A stretch of DNA of 49,089 bases. Origin: Akkermansiaceae bacterium (GTDB lineage: Bacteria > Verrucomicrobiota > Verrucomicrobiia > Verrucomicrobiales > Akkermansiaceae). The stretch's first letter is position 1; every line of letters starts with the position of its first letter. The notes beneath the pieces were generated by a model, which was given only the letters and a program-made list of their open reading frames with translations, was not told the origin of the DNA and made no database searches. The DNA is taken from assembly GCA_041737575.1 (NCBI GenBank), contig JBGSRM010000095.1, positions 1-49,089 of the forward strand. Reading direction: 5' to 3'. The translations under genes were made by a program, and so were the position numbers. Shown here piece by piece: positions 33,904 through 44,055 of the stretch.

Positions 33904-33965
33904 CCATTTTCATCAATATTTTTAATTTTTTCTGTGATCCATATATATCAATGGAAAACGAAGAA

Positions 33966-35078
33966 TTATGATATCGAAGAGCGGATATCCGCAAACAACG
34001 GTGCTATGGTTTTTGAAATGATTTCATAGCGGGTTTCGAAAGGAGTGAAGGCGCTCTTGATCGCGTTCAGGCAAAGACGTTCGAGATCATCTAGAGACAG
34101 ATTGAACAGCCGGGTGGCCAGCTCCAGTTCCTTTGTCATGCTTGTGTTGCTCATCAGGCGGTCATCGGTGTTGAGGCAGACGCGGAAACGATTACCAAAC
34201 AGGATGCCGAAGGGGTGATCTGTTAGATTCTCACAGGCACCAGTGTGAAGGTTCGAGGAGAGGCACATTTCCAGAGGGACACGGTGGTCGAGCACGTACC
34301 GCGAGAGCGTACTGAATTTCAGGCTTCCGTCTGCTGAGAGTTCGATGTCATCGCGGATGCGTGTGCCGTGTCCGAGGCGGTGGGCTCCGCAATATTGCAG
34401 AGCCTGCCAAATGGATTCGGGACCGAACGCTTCGCCGGCATGGATCGTGATATTGAAATTGGCGCGTTGGATCGCGTGGAAGGCTTCGATGTGTTTTTTC
34501 GGAGGAAACCCGGCCTCGGCACCGGCGAGATCAAAACCGACCACGCCTTCTCCGCGCCAGCGTATGGCAAGCTCGGCGGTTTCCAACGAATCCGTGCGAT
34601 CGCGCAGGGCACAGAGGAGCAGTCCCCATTTCACACCGAAGTCATTTTCGCCCCGTTTTAGTCCGGCAAGCACCGCGGCAACCACTTCATCTTGGCTGAG
34701 TCCACGCGTCGTGTGTAAGGCCGGCGCGAACCTCGCTTCCGCATAGACAACACCATCGTCCTTCATATCCTCGATGAACTCGTAGGCCACACGCTCGAGA
34801 GCCGCTTCGCTTTGCATCACCGCGCAGGTGTGGCGGAAGCCTTCGAGGTATTTCGGCAGGCTGCCTTGATTCGCTCCGCGATGAAACCACACCGCGAGTT
34901 CTCCCGCATCCTGCGTGGGCAAATCCGTATAGGCGGCATCTTTCGCAAGGTCGATCACGGTCTGCGGACGGAGTCCCCCATCGAGATGCTCGTGAAGCAG
35001 GACTTTGGGCAGTTTCTTGAAATCAATCGCGGCAAGGAGCGATTCCCCGCATAGTTGTGATATGGAGTCAGCATTCAT
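33966..35078 (-). CDS. add: Adenosine deaminase
   Basis: LPKVLLHEHLDGG, YAEARFAP, GFDLAGAE, TIHAGE, RLGHG, LEMCLSSN, NTDD. Confidence 0.93.
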   Translation of the reverse strand: MNADSISQLCGESLLAAIDFKKLPKVLLHEHLDGGLRPQTVIDLAKDAAYTDLPTQDAGELAVWFHRGANQGSLPKYLEGFRHTCAVMQSEAALERVAYEFIEDMKDDGVVYAEARFAPALHTTRGLSQDEVVAAVLAGLKRGENDFGVKWGLLLCALRDRTDSLETAELAIRWRGEGVVGFDLAGAEAGFPPKKHIEAFHAIQRANFNITIHAGEAFGPESIWQALQYCGAHRLGHGTRIRDDIELSADGSLKFSTLSRYVLDHRVPLEMCLSSNLHTGACENLTDHPFGILFGNRFRVCLNTDDRLMSNTSMTKELELATRLFNLSLDDLERLCLNAIKSAFTPFETRYEIISKTIAPLFADIRSSIS

Positions 35079-35188
35079 GTTTGTCTCAGGGCATACTGAT
35101 CCACGTCACGCGCCATGCAAGATTCCTTGGGTGAATTTTTTTCAATCCACGTTGCCTAGTCGCGTATGGCGGATAAGAATCCTGTCAG

Positions 35189-36400
35189 ATGTCCGAACCG
35201 AAAAACAAGCAGCCGAGAGTCAATGTCCGCCGCCCGGATGTGATGGAGCTTGTCTCCGCTGAAGTTGCGAAGCATTACCACTCGTCGCTTGTCGAGCGCA
35301 TCAAGGATCAGGGCGGGAAGATCAGCTCTGGCAACACGACCGTGCTTCTGGCCAAGGACTTCGGCTTCTGCTACGGGGTAGAGCGGGCTATCGACCTTGC
35401 TTACGCCTCGCGTCGGGTGTTTCCCGAAAACCGGATCTTTCTGATCGGCGAGATCATACACAATCCCGAGGTGAATCGTCAGCTTAGCGAAATGGATATC
35501 GTTTCCCTGCCCTGGCGGGATATGGATGCCACCTATGATGAACTTGGATCTGATGATGTCGTCATCGTCCCTGCATTCGGAGCGCCCACGAGTTTCATGG
35601 AGAAAATCGAGGAGCGCGGCTGCTACACCGTGGATACAACGTGCGGAGATGTGATGAAAGTCTGGCGCCGCGTGAGAGGATACGCAAAGGATGGCATCAC
35701 TTCCATCATCCACGGCAAGTCCGATCACGAGGAAACACGTGCCACCGCATCACGCGCGCTAGGTGAGGATAAAAATGGAAATTTCCTCGTTATTCTCAGT
35801 CTTGCCGATACCGATTTCGTTTGCGATTACATACGCAATCGTGGCGATAGGCAGGCCTTTCTCGAACACTTCAAGGGCTGCTATTCTCTGGGCTTCGATC
35901 CTGATTTACATCTCCACAAAATCGGTGTCGCCAACCAGACGACGATGCTCAAGGGCGAGACGCAAGAAATTCAAAACCGCCTCGCCAAAGCGATTACCGA
36001 ACGCGATGGAACAGCGGAAAATTTTTCTGTCTTCGATACAATTTGCGGCGCAACGCAGGAACGCCAGGACGCGCTTTTCGAGATGCTCAAAACCAGGATG
36101 GATCTCCTTCTCGTTGTTGGCGGATACAATTCCTCGAATACCGCTCATCTTGTGGAAATTGGCGAAAAAGAACTTCCCACGTTTTTCATACGCGATGCCT
36201 CACAGATCAAATCGCTTGAGGAAATCGTGCACTACGACCTCCACCACGGCTGCGAGACGACCTCGAATTACGCCGAAATCCTGGCTGGCAAGGAAGACAT
36301 AGTCATCGGACTGACCGCAGGTGCCTCCTGTCCGAACAACCTAATCGAGGAAACTGTTAGAAAAGTATTCGCACTACGTGGCGAGACGCTTGATGAGTGA
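35189..36400 (+). CDS. ispH: 4-hydroxy-3-methylbut-2-enyl diphosphate reductase
   Basis: FGFCYGVERAI, IIHNP, DTTC, HEET, NQTT, DTICGATQERQ, NSSNT, TAGASCP. Confidence 0.96.
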   Translation: MSEPKNKQPRVNVRRPDVMELVSAEVAKHYHSSLVERIKDQGGKISSGNTTVLLAKDFGFCYGVERAIDLAYASRRVFPENRIFLIGEIIHNPEVNRQLSEMDIVSLPWRDMDATYDELGSDDVVIVPAFGAPTSFMEKIEERGCYTVDTTCGDVMKVWRRVRGYAKDGITSIIHGKSDHEETRATASRALGEDKNGNFLVILSLADTDFVCDYIRNRGDRQAFLEHFKGCYSLGFDPDLHLHKIGVANQTTMLKGETQEIQNRLAKAITERDGTAENFSVFDTICGATQERQDALFEMLKTRMDLLLVVGGYNSSNTAHLVEIGEKELPTFFIRDASQIKSLEEIVHYDLHHGCETTSNYAEILAGKEDIVIGLTAGASCPNNLIEETVRKVFALRGETLDE

Positions 36401-36405
36401 TCGGC

Positions 36406-36708
36406 TCAAGCCAGATCCATTACCAGCACCTTCTCCCACATTTCACGATGACCACCCGAAAACGCATCGTGAATCGGATCGCTCTTCTGGTATTTCTCAT
36501 GGGCTTCCATCGTATCGAAATGGAACGAGATGCCATAATCCCATGAATGGTCGGTCACCGGGCGATGCTCCGTGGCGGCGGGGACTCCCCAATGCGCTTT
36601 GGAAATGTTCGGGGATTTCACCAACTCATCGAGCGCGTCTTCCATGCGGGCGCGGCCTGCCTCATTCTTAAACTCATCCTTCAACCAGAAATAAACGTGA
36701 TGTTCCAT
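36406..36708 (-). CDS. Dabb (stress-responsive alpha/beta barrel) protein
   Basis: MEHHVYFWLK, GVPAATEHRPVTDHSWDY, F...EAHEKYQ..DPIH, VLVMD. Confidence 0.85.
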   Translation of the reverse strand: MEHHVYFWLKDEFKNEAGRARMEDALDELVKSPNISKAHWGVPAATEHRPVTDHSWDYGISFHFDTMEAHEKYQKSDPIHDAFSGGHREMWEKVLVMDLA

Positions 36709-36764
36709 GTCCTTAGTCTGCGATTTGAAATGGTGGGTTTCCAAGTGATAAAATAAATTTCTTC

Positions 36765-38651
36765 TCAAGCATACTTGATGAATGCCGTGTAAACCTGTTG
36801 CGGAATATCCAGCAAACCATAGTCCTTGGAAGAGACGAAAAGTAAACTTTGTTTGCCTTTTCCTAACAACTGACCGTCAGCTCCGAAGATTTGATGCTCC
36901 AATGTGCAGAACTTCCTGTTGAAATCGCCAACCTTGATCTTGACAGTAATCGTATCAAACTCGCGCGTTTCACGCACGAATTTATGCTCAAAGGAACGCG
37001 TCAAAATATAGAATGGCGTTGTTTTCAAATCAAAATCCGGCATCACCGCATTAAAAAATAGTTCGCGGGTTTTCCCAACATAGAGTGGATACATGCCGAA
37101 ATACACATTCCCCACCGAATTTGTATCCTGGTAAGTAGCCACCATGGAATACACAAACCATTTGCCCTCGAAGTGCCCCATCAGATCGTGATTTTCCCCA
37201 CCAACGGGGGCAACTACATCAGAAACAACAGGTTTATCCTGCTTAACCATCGCCTTGAGCGCTGGATGCTCCGTGGCCGCATGCATCACTTCATCAACTT
37301 TCTCAGTCACAAGTCGGAGTAAATCCGTAGTCGTCACCAACCACGCGACATAGGCAAGCGGGAGTAGTGAGCCAACATACATCAAGACATTACGATCCGC
37401 CATATACCCGAAGGCAAATATAACCAAGCAAAGGCTCGCCATCGAAAACATTCTTATCTGAGGCAGTGGTTGCTGCGAATTGGGAACAAAACAACGTGCG
37501 ATCGATAGCGCTGCATAGCCCACAAAGAACGATGCGAAAAATACCATGAAATATTCCAGTTCGAATCGCATGAGATAGGCTGCCAAAGCAATCAAGGCAA
37601 CCAGTATGAAAGTCAGAATCGGTGAGGAAATGATCTGTCTCGGAAGGATTGAAATCAGCATGTTCTGGCTCTTCTCCGCATTCCTCCCCAAGAACCACTT
37701 CAGAGCCACGTAGCCACTATCCAACGTCGTAAGAACACAGATCACCAAAAAACTAAAGTAAGCTGTCGAGACAAGCGAGTTCGCACTGTAGTTGACCGAA
37801 AAATGCTGTACGATGATATCGTGGCCGTAAACCAGACCATCAAGCTTGGAGACCAAAAGCGAAAAGCCGGGATCCGCAAGACCCATCACCCACATGGCCA
37901 AATATCCATGAAAAACCAGCAGACAAAAGAAAATCAATCCGCCGAATATATAGCTGAGTCGGATGGAAGTTTGCTCACGGTGTATCTGTATGGCTCGCTG
38001 CCAATGCTGAAGATCCAGCCATGGCCCTACCAGCAAACCCACCACCAAGGGCACTACCAAGCCCCAAAATCTCTCCTCCGAGTATCCATGTTCAGATCCC
38101 AAACCAATCACGCCATTTTTGATGCCTTGAGGACTCAATGAAAAAAGTACGCTGACAATACACCCCATCAAAAGCACACCCAACAACGCGTGTCCCACCT
38201 TGATCTTCCGTATTCCAAACTCTTCCCCAAACAAGCATCCCAAAGCCAGCAGCACAAAAATTGACATTGCCACAGAAAGCTCGAAGACCGCTCCATCGCC
38301 AACACCTTCCACCTTCGATAACAATGGCACAAACAGATACTTGACCAAGGCAAAAACCGTTAGCGAAAGCGCGACTACCTGGTAAAGATAGAATATAAGA
38401 CGGAATGGCTTGGAAAATTTATCAAAAAACAGCGCAAGCGATTCATGCCCGCCTTTATGCCGGTCCGCAACGATCTGCGTCAACCAACCAAAAAGCATCA
38501 ATCCCAGCGCATTCGGAATTGCGAACATCAGAAGTCCACGCATGCCAAACATAAACGAAATCTGGACACTGAAGAACAAACCAAGTCCCCACATCCATGC
38601 GAGTGCGACTGAGTTTCCCCAAAGCAAAGCGTTCAACCACCTGAAATTCAT
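36765..38651 (-). CDS. Multi-pass transporter-like membrane protein fused to a C-terminal hotdog acyl-thioesterase domain
   Basis: About 12-13 hydrophobic segments with WQR and TTLDS motifs reminiscent of solute:sodium symporters; tail YQDTNSVGNVYF...GKTRE is 4HBT/YbgC-like. Confidence 0.75.
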   Translation of the reverse strand: MNFRWLNALLWGNSVALAWMWGLGLFFSVQISFMFGMRGLLMFAIPNALGLMLFGWLTQIVADRHKGGHESLALFFDKFSKPFRLIFYLYQVVALSLTVFALVKYLFVPLLSKVEGVGDGAVFELSVAMSIFVLLALGCLFGEEFGIRKIKVGHALLGVLLMGCIVSVLFSLSPQGIKNGVIGLGSEHGYSEERFWGLVVPLVVGLLVGPWLDLQHWQRAIQIHREQTSIRLSYIFGGLIFFCLLVFHGYLAMWVMGLADPGFSLLVSKLDGLVYGHDIIVQHFSVNYSANSLVSTAYFSFLVICVLTTLDSGYVALKWFLGRNAEKSQNMLISILPRQIISSPILTFILVALIALAAYLMRFELEYFMVFFASFFVGYAALSIARCFVPNSQQPLPQIRMFSMASLCLVIFAFGYMADRNVLMYVGSLLPLAYVAWLVTTTDLLRLVTEKVDEVMHAATEHPALKAMVKQDKPVVSDVVAPVGGENHDLMGHFEGKWFVYSMVATYQDTNSVGNVYFGMYPLYVGKTRELFFNAVMPDFDLKTTPFYILTRSFEHKFVRETREFDTITVKIKVGDFNRKFCTLEHQIFGADGQLLGKGKQSLLFVSSKDYGLLDIPQQVYTAFIKYA

Positions 38652-38789
38652 TCCATAGCCAACCGCCTATACCCTCCCTCCGCAAGTCTCTTCACAAAAT
38701 CGGGAGAAGAAACTAGCTGCGTTCGCCCAGCCCTCTTTGAAAAGAATGATGCCCGCCACAACGTATTCGTGTATTCTACTTTGAAAAAC

Positions 38790-40502
38790 ATGACAAAGCT
38801 GCGATTCTTTAAAAATATATTTCACCCCGTTATCCGGCTTTTTGTCTGCTTGCTACCTCTCGCATCTACAGCCCAAACCAATTCTGAAAATCCTAACCTC
38901 TTCTATTATCGCAAAGCGCAACGCTCTGCCCCAAAAACATTCAGCCATGATATTGCCGTCTATGGTGGCACACCCGCTGGTGTCGCGGCCGCTGTTCAGT
39001 CAGCACGCATGGGCAAAAACGTGGTGCTGCTTTCATTCAACCGTCACGTAGGCGGCATGACATCGGGTGGCCTAACCGCCACCGATACTGGAAACAAAAA
39101 AGCAATCGGCGGCATGGCCATGGAATTTTATACACGCCTCGGCAAAATGGTCGATTACAGCCCCTCTGAGGCGGAAAACCTATATCGGAAAATGCTCGAG
39201 GAATCGGGTGTCACCGTCCTCTACGGGCGCTCCCTCGAGTCGGTAGAGCTCGATCAGGATCGAATCGTATCCGCAACTTTTGAAACGGGCGAAACCATCA
39301 AAGCAGCCGTTTATGTGGATGCCACTTACGAGGGTGATCTGTTTGCCGCCGCAAACATCTCATATCACATCGGGCGCGAACCCGTCTCAACCTACGGAGA
39401 AACCCTCAATGGCCAATGGCAACAGGTTTCATGGAAATCCGTCTATCAGTTTTGCGACCTACCCATCAGCCCATACGTCATTGCAGATAATCCGCAATCC
39501 GGCCTTTTTCCTGAAATTTCCTCGGCTCCTCACGGAAAACAAGGACAAGGCGATCACCGCGTCCAAGCCTACAATTTCCGAATGCGGCTATCTGACAAAG
39601 AAGGTAAAATACCCTTCACGAAACCCGCTGGATACGAACCCAGCAGGTACGCGCTTCTCGCCCGCTTCATGAATTCGGATCCTAATATCGAATGGACATT
39701 GAACTACACGACTGCCCCCATGACAGATGGCCCCGTGCAAATGCGCAACGGTGATAGCAACAACGCCGGAAGCATCTCATCGAATCTCGTTGGTGGAAGC
39801 AACCGCTGGCCGGATGGCACATTCGAACCTGTTTCATTTGATAAACTACCCGCACCTCGCCGCGGCTTGCCCGTTCCATTTGCCGAGCTTTACCAGCTCC
39901 GTGAATCCATATTCCAACAGCATGTGAAATACCAACAAGGCTACATGTATTTCCTCGCCAACGACTCCCAAGTCCCCGAAGAACTTCAGAAACGAGTCAA
40001 CCAATTCGGCCTGTGTCCCGACGAATTCAAGGAAACAGCGCATTGGCCGCATCATCTCTATGTTCGGGAGGGGCGCCGCATGCTTTCCGATTACGTCATG
40101 ACGCAAGCAAACTGTCAGTCCGAACGCATTGCCGAGGACTCCATCGGCCTTGCTTCCTATCACATGGATTCCCATCCCTGCCAACGAGTCGTTGTAACAC
40201 GCAATGGCGTCACCACTGTCCGCAACGAAGGCGCCTTCGGGCATAAATGCAACAAACCTTACCCCGTCTCCTACCGCTCCATCATCCCCAAACGAGATGA
40301 ATGCCAAAACCTTTTTGTCCCCGTTTGCCTCTCCGCCTCTCATGTCGCCTATGGCTCCATTCGCATGGAACCCGTCTTCATGATTCTCGGCCAAAGCGCC
40401 GGAACAGCCGCATCCATCGCAGTCGACAATAAAATCCCAGTCCAAGACGTCTCATACAAAAAACTCAGCGAGCTACTGAAAGAACAAGGCCAAATTCTTT
40501 GA
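38790..40502 (+). CDS. Secreted FAD-dependent oxidoreductase
   Basis: DIAVYGGTPAGVAAAV, VGGMTSGGL, DATYEGDL, YVREGRR, SASHVAYGSIRMEPVFM. Start uncertain (38769 or 38790). Confidence 0.88.
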   Translation: MTKLRFFKNIFHPVIRLFVCLLPLASTAQTNSENPNLFYYRKAQRSAPKTFSHDIAVYGGTPAGVAAAVQSARMGKNVVLLSFNRHVGGMTSGGLTATDTGNKKAIGGMAMEFYTRLGKMVDYSPSEAENLYRKMLEESGVTVLYGRSLESVELDQDRIVSATFETGETIKAAVYVDATYEGDLFAAANISYHIGREPVSTYGETLNGQWQQVSWKSVYQFCDLPISPYVIADNPQSGLFPEISSAPHGKQGQGDHRVQAYNFRMRLSDKEGKIPFTKPAGYEPSRYALLARFMNSDPNIEWTLNYTTAPMTDGPVQMRNGDSNNAGSISSNLVGGSNRWPDGTFEPVSFDKLPAPRRGLPVPFAELYQLRESIFQQHVKYQQGYMYFLANDSQVPEELQKRVNQFGLCPDEFKETAHWPHHLYVREGRRMLSDYVMTQANCQSERIAEDSIGLASYHMDSHPCQRVVVTRNGVTTVRNEGAFGHKCNKPYPVSYRSIIPKRDECQNLFVPVCLSASHVAYGSIRMEPVFMILGQSAGTAASIAVDNKIPVQDVSYKKLSELLKEQGQIL

Positions 40503-40544
40503 ATTATCTAGGATCTCTGAACACTCCACTTACCATATATCACC

Positions 40545-41564
40545 ATGAAATATCTCATCCTCTTCCTCGCAATCAACATCTCCGTCTTCGCAGAAGAAAA
40601 TCCAAACACCCTTGAAACAGTTGCCGCCGAAATGGCAGACGCTGCAAACGCCGTCCTCACATCTCTCAACCAGGATCAAAGACAAAAAGCAATCTTCGCC
40701 TTCGATTCGGATGAACGTGAAAACTGGGGCTTCGTCCCACGTAAACGCAAAGGTATCCCCCTCGAAGAGCTCACTGATGAACAGATCAAGCTCATACAAA
40801 CCCTGCTTAAAACCGCCCTCAGCGAGCCAGGCCTCAATAAAGTAAATACCATCATGGCTCTCGAAGCCTTCCTCGCGGAAATCGAAAAAAAACCGGAGTT
40901 CCGTAACTCGAAAGCCTACTTCACCTCCATCTTCGGTGAACCTTCCGCAAAGGGCACATGGGCTTGGCGTTTCGAAGGCCACCACCTCTCACTCAACTAT
41001 ACCATCTCCGAAGGCAAAGCCATCAGCGTCACCCCATCCTTCTTCGCAGCCAATCCCGCCGAGGTAAAAATCGATCATGAAATGAAAGGCACACGCCCCC
41101 TCCACGCCGAAGAAGACCTCGCCCGCGCCCTCGCTCTCACACTAAAAGAAACCGACAAGGAATTCATCTTCTCTGAAAAAACACCGAACGATATTCTCAC
41201 CGCCGAAGACCGCCGCATCAAACAACTCGAACCGGTCGGCATCTCGGCATCCGACATGTCCCCCGGCCAGCAACAGGCACTCATCGAACTCATCTCCGAA
41301 TACGCCAATCGCCATCGCAAGGAACTCGCTGAAAATGAAATCGCCACCATTAAAAATGACCTCCCAAACCTCCGCTTCGGATGGGCCGGTAGCCTAGAAC
41401 GTGGCGAACCATACTACTACCGCATCCAAGGCACTACATTTCTCGTAGAAGTCGCCAACGTCCAGAACCACGGCAACCACATCCATGCCGTATGGCGCGA
41501 TGCCGCCAAAGATTTCGGACGCGACATCCTTGGCGACCACTTGCACGAGGGCCACGAAGACTGA
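40545..41564 (+). CDS. DUF3500-type secreted protein
   Basis: Signal peptide; WRFEGHHLSLN, TPSFF.ANP, YYRIQG, NHIHAVWRD...DFG. Confidence 0.8.
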   Translation: MKYLILFLAINISVFAEENPNTLETVAAEMADAANAVLTSLNQDQRQKAIFAFDSDERENWGFVPRKRKGIPLEELTDEQIKLIQTLLKTALSEPGLNKVNTIMALEAFLAEIEKKPEFRNSKAYFTSIFGEPSAKGTWAWRFEGHHLSLNYTISEGKAISVTPSFFAANPAEVKIDHEMKGTRPLHAEEDLARALALTLKETDKEFIFSEKTPNDILTAEDRRIKQLEPVGISASDMSPGQQQALIELISEYANRHRKELAENEIATIKNDLPNLRFGWAGSLERGEPYYYRIQGTTFLVEVANVQNHGNHIHAVWRDAAKDFGRDILGDHLHEGHED

Positions 41565-41707
41565 TTCAATATTCGCCTCCATCAAGCCACAAGTAAGCGA
41601 GCAGAAGACACAAAATCGTCATCTTCTTCCCATAAATTTGTCTTACAAGATTCCCGGATCGACTTATAATCACCACGCATTCAGGAAACCTTCACCATCT
41701 CCGAATC

Positions 41708-42055
41708 ATGCCAATCAAAACCATTTTTGAAAAAATCTACGACGGTGAAATCGCCGCAGAGATTCTCCACAAAGACGAGCATTGTTGCGCCTTCCGTGAC
41801 ATCGCACCACAAGCTCCCACCCACGTTCTCATCGTCCCCAAAAAAGCTATCCCACGGGTCGGCGAAGCAAGCCAGGAAGACCAAGCAATCTTAGGCCATC
41901 TTCTCCTCGTAGCCGGCAAACTCGCTAAAGAACTCGAAATTTCAGAATCAGGATTCCGGCTCGTCATGAACCACGGCTCCCACGGAGGAGAATCCGTCCC
42001 CCATCTCCACGTCCACCTCCTCGGCGGACGCCAACTCAACTGGCCGCCCGGCTAA
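41708..42055 (+). CDS. Histidine triad nucleotide-binding protein (HinT-like)
   Basis: TIFEKI, AFRDIAPQAPTHVLIVPK, HLHVHLLGGR..WPPG. Confidence 0.95.
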   Translation: MPIKTIFEKIYDGEIAAEILHKDEHCCAFRDIAPQAPTHVLIVPKKAIPRVGEASQEDQAILGHLLLVAGKLAKELEISESGFRLVMNHGSHGGESVPHLHVHLLGGRQLNWPPG

Positions 42056-42058
42056 ACC

Positions 42059-42748
42059 ATGACCGCACGCCTCTTCAACCTCTTCACCGGGATACTCGCC
42101 ACCGCCGTATCTTGTCACCCTCAACCGGCCAAACCACGCTACGAACGCGTCGTCTTGGTTCACGGTATTTTCGAGAACGGTGATTCCTTCCACTCTCTGA
42201 AACGCCGGCTCGAAACCCACGGCATCGAATGCTACGTCCCAAAACTCAAGCCATCCAGTGGACGCCCAGGCCTCGATGTCCTCGCACAAGGACTCAAGGA
42301 AGATATCGATAAAAAGTTCGGTAAAAAAGAACCAATCGCCATCGTCGCTTTCAGCATGGGCGGCCTCGTTTCCCGCTACTACCTGCAAAAACTCGGAGGG
42401 GCCGAACGCTGCGAATCATTCATCACCATATCCACACCCCACAACGGATCCCTCGCCGCATACACCCTTCCCACTCGTGGTGTAAAACAGATGCGCCCGG
42501 AAAGCGACTTCCTCCGCGAGCTACGCGAAACAGAAGACACACTCGGCTCCATACCCATCGTCTCCTACCGCACACCCATGGATCTCATCATCCTGCCAAC
42601 ATCCTCTTCCATCTGGGATCGTGCTGAAAACCACTCGCACAACATCGCCCTCCACCCCCTCATGCTCCACTCGAATTCTGTCTTGGACGATATCGAACGC
42701 CGCTTCACCTTCCCCAACAGCCTTGCCGTTTCACCAACAAACCCTTAA
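42059..42748 (+). CDS. Small lipase/esterase (alpha/beta hydrolase), probable lipoprotein
   Basis: AVSC lipobox-like, VVLVHGI, nucleophile elbow AFSMGG, TPHNGS, DLIILP, HPLM. Confidence 0.88.
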   Translation: MTARLFNLFTGILATAVSCHPQPAKPRYERVVLVHGIFENGDSFHSLKRRLETHGIECYVPKLKPSSGRPGLDVLAQGLKEDIDKKFGKKEPIAIVAFSMGGLVSRYYLQKLGGAERCESFITISTPHNGSLAAYTLPTRGVKQMRPESDFLRELRETEDTLGSIPIVSYRTPMDLIILPTSSSIWDRAENHSHNIALHPLMLHSNSVLDDIERRFTFPNSLAVSPTNP

Positions 42749-42759
42749 TTTTCATCATC

Positions 42760-43575
42760 ATGCGCATCCTGAACCCCGCCTTCCTCCTCGCCCTCGCCTT
42801 CTCCGCCTGCGCCCCGGGAAATCCTCCCGCCTCTCCTGAAAAAAGCCCCACCAACAATCTCACATCCGCCCAAAAAGCAGCCATCGGCAAAAAAATATGG
42901 CAGAACGAATCCGGCGGCACACTCAACGGACTCACCGCATGGAATGTCGGTGAGGAGTTTCCCTCACTCGGCATCGGACACTTTATCTGGTACCCAGCCG
43001 GCTTCAACGGTCGCTTCCAGGAAAGCTGGCCGCTCTTCATCGCTTACGCCACACGCAACGGCGCCACCCCTCCCGCCATCGCAAAAAACCGCCACTCTCC
43101 CTGGACATCCCGTGAACAATTCATGAAGGAATTCAACTCAGCGGAAATGACCGACCTTCGCAAATGGCTTGCTTCCACCGTCGAACTGCAAACCGATTTC
43201 ATCATCACTCGTTCCAACGCCGCTCTCTCTAAAATCCTCGCCGCCGCCCCTGCTTCCGAACGTTCGAAAATCCAGGCAAACTACGATAAAGTCGCCTCCT
43301 CCCCACAAGGCACCTACGCCCTCATCGATTATGTGAATTTCAAAGGCGATGGCACCAACCCCACGGAAAAATACAACGGCTATGGCTGGGGTCTCCTTCA
43401 AGTCCTTGGCGGCATGAATGATGTCCCTTCAGGTCCCGCAGCAGCCACCGAATTTGCAGCCTCAGCAAAACGCGCGCTCAACAGGCGCATCGACAACTCC
43501 CCGAAAGAACGCGGCGAAGCCCGCTGGCGTGAAGGCTGGGATAACCGCTGCGATACTTACGGACGCCCCCTCTGA
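42760..43575 (+). CDS. Hypothetical lipoprotein
   Basis: FSAC lipobox; IWQNE, FPSLGIGHFIWYP, DYVNFKG and WGLLQVL look like conserved blocks. Confidence 0.75.
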   Translation: MRILNPAFLLALAFSACAPGNPPASPEKSPTNNLTSAQKAAIGKKIWQNESGGTLNGLTAWNVGEEFPSLGIGHFIWYPAGFNGRFQESWPLFIAYATRNGATPPAIAKNRHSPWTSREQFMKEFNSAEMTDLRKWLASTVELQTDFIITRSNAALSKILAAAPASERSKIQANYDKVASSPQGTYALIDYVNFKGDGTNPTEKYNGYGWGLLQVLGGMNDVPSGPAAATEFAASAKRALNRRIDNSPKERGEARWREGWDNRCDTYGRPL

Positions 43576-43582
43576 TTTTCGC

Positions 43583-43616
43583 AAAAAAAGCCCCCCGGAG
43601 TTACCCCCGGAGAGCT
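43583..43616 (-). terminator. Intrinsic terminator
   Basis: AGCUCUCCGGGG-GUAA-CUCCGGGGGGCU plus U-tract on the minus strand, after the 43646 stop. Confidence 0.75.
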
Positions 43617-43645
43617 TGCTATGACATCGCGGGAAAACCTACGGT

Positions 43646-43948
43646 TCAGCGGCGGAAGCTATATGAGACCCTTCCTTGATTTCCGCGAGGGGCATAGTGG
43701 GTTGGTCCGCAATGCTGGTTCCTTGGAGCCGCAACAGTCCTATATCTGAAGACGGGGTGTCCCCAACGGTCATATCCCACAAAATACTTCTCCGTATAGA
43801 CAGCGCGCCCATGACGGTAGCCGCTGACATAAATGGTACTTTGCGGCGCGCTATAGCCGCTTCCACATCTCGGACGTGCGTCCGCATCCACTGCTGTCCC
43901 AATGAATCCAAACACACCTACTGCAATTATAGTAATTAGTTTTTTCAT
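43646..43948 (-). CDS. Small secreted Arg/Tyr/Gly-rich hypothetical protein
   Basis: MKKLITIIAVGVFGFIGTAVDADA signal peptide; two similar VxGY..GxxVY/F units; followed by a terminator. Confidence 0.75.
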   Translation of the reverse strand: MKKLITIIAVGVFGFIGTAVDADARPRCGSGYSAPQSTIYVSGYRHGRAVYTEKYFVGYDRWGHPVFRYRTVAAPRNQHCGPTHYAPRGNQGRVSYSFRR

Positions 43949-44055
43949 GATTCTGTAATTTTTGGTTACGCATGATACGACAGAAGCGCCGTTACGTTTA
44001 TTCATGAAACCGCAAAAATTTTTTCCGCCTTTCCGTCCGCACCCGGATCACTCGC

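Noticed and set aside
33300-33960. LexA box or sigma54 promoter for the RNA-repair operon
   Set aside because: No TGTTC-N4-GAACA and no convincing TGGCAC-N5-TTGC was seen.
28575-33965. Prophage or integrative element
   Set aside because: No integrase, transposase, phage genes or flanking direct repeats were seen.
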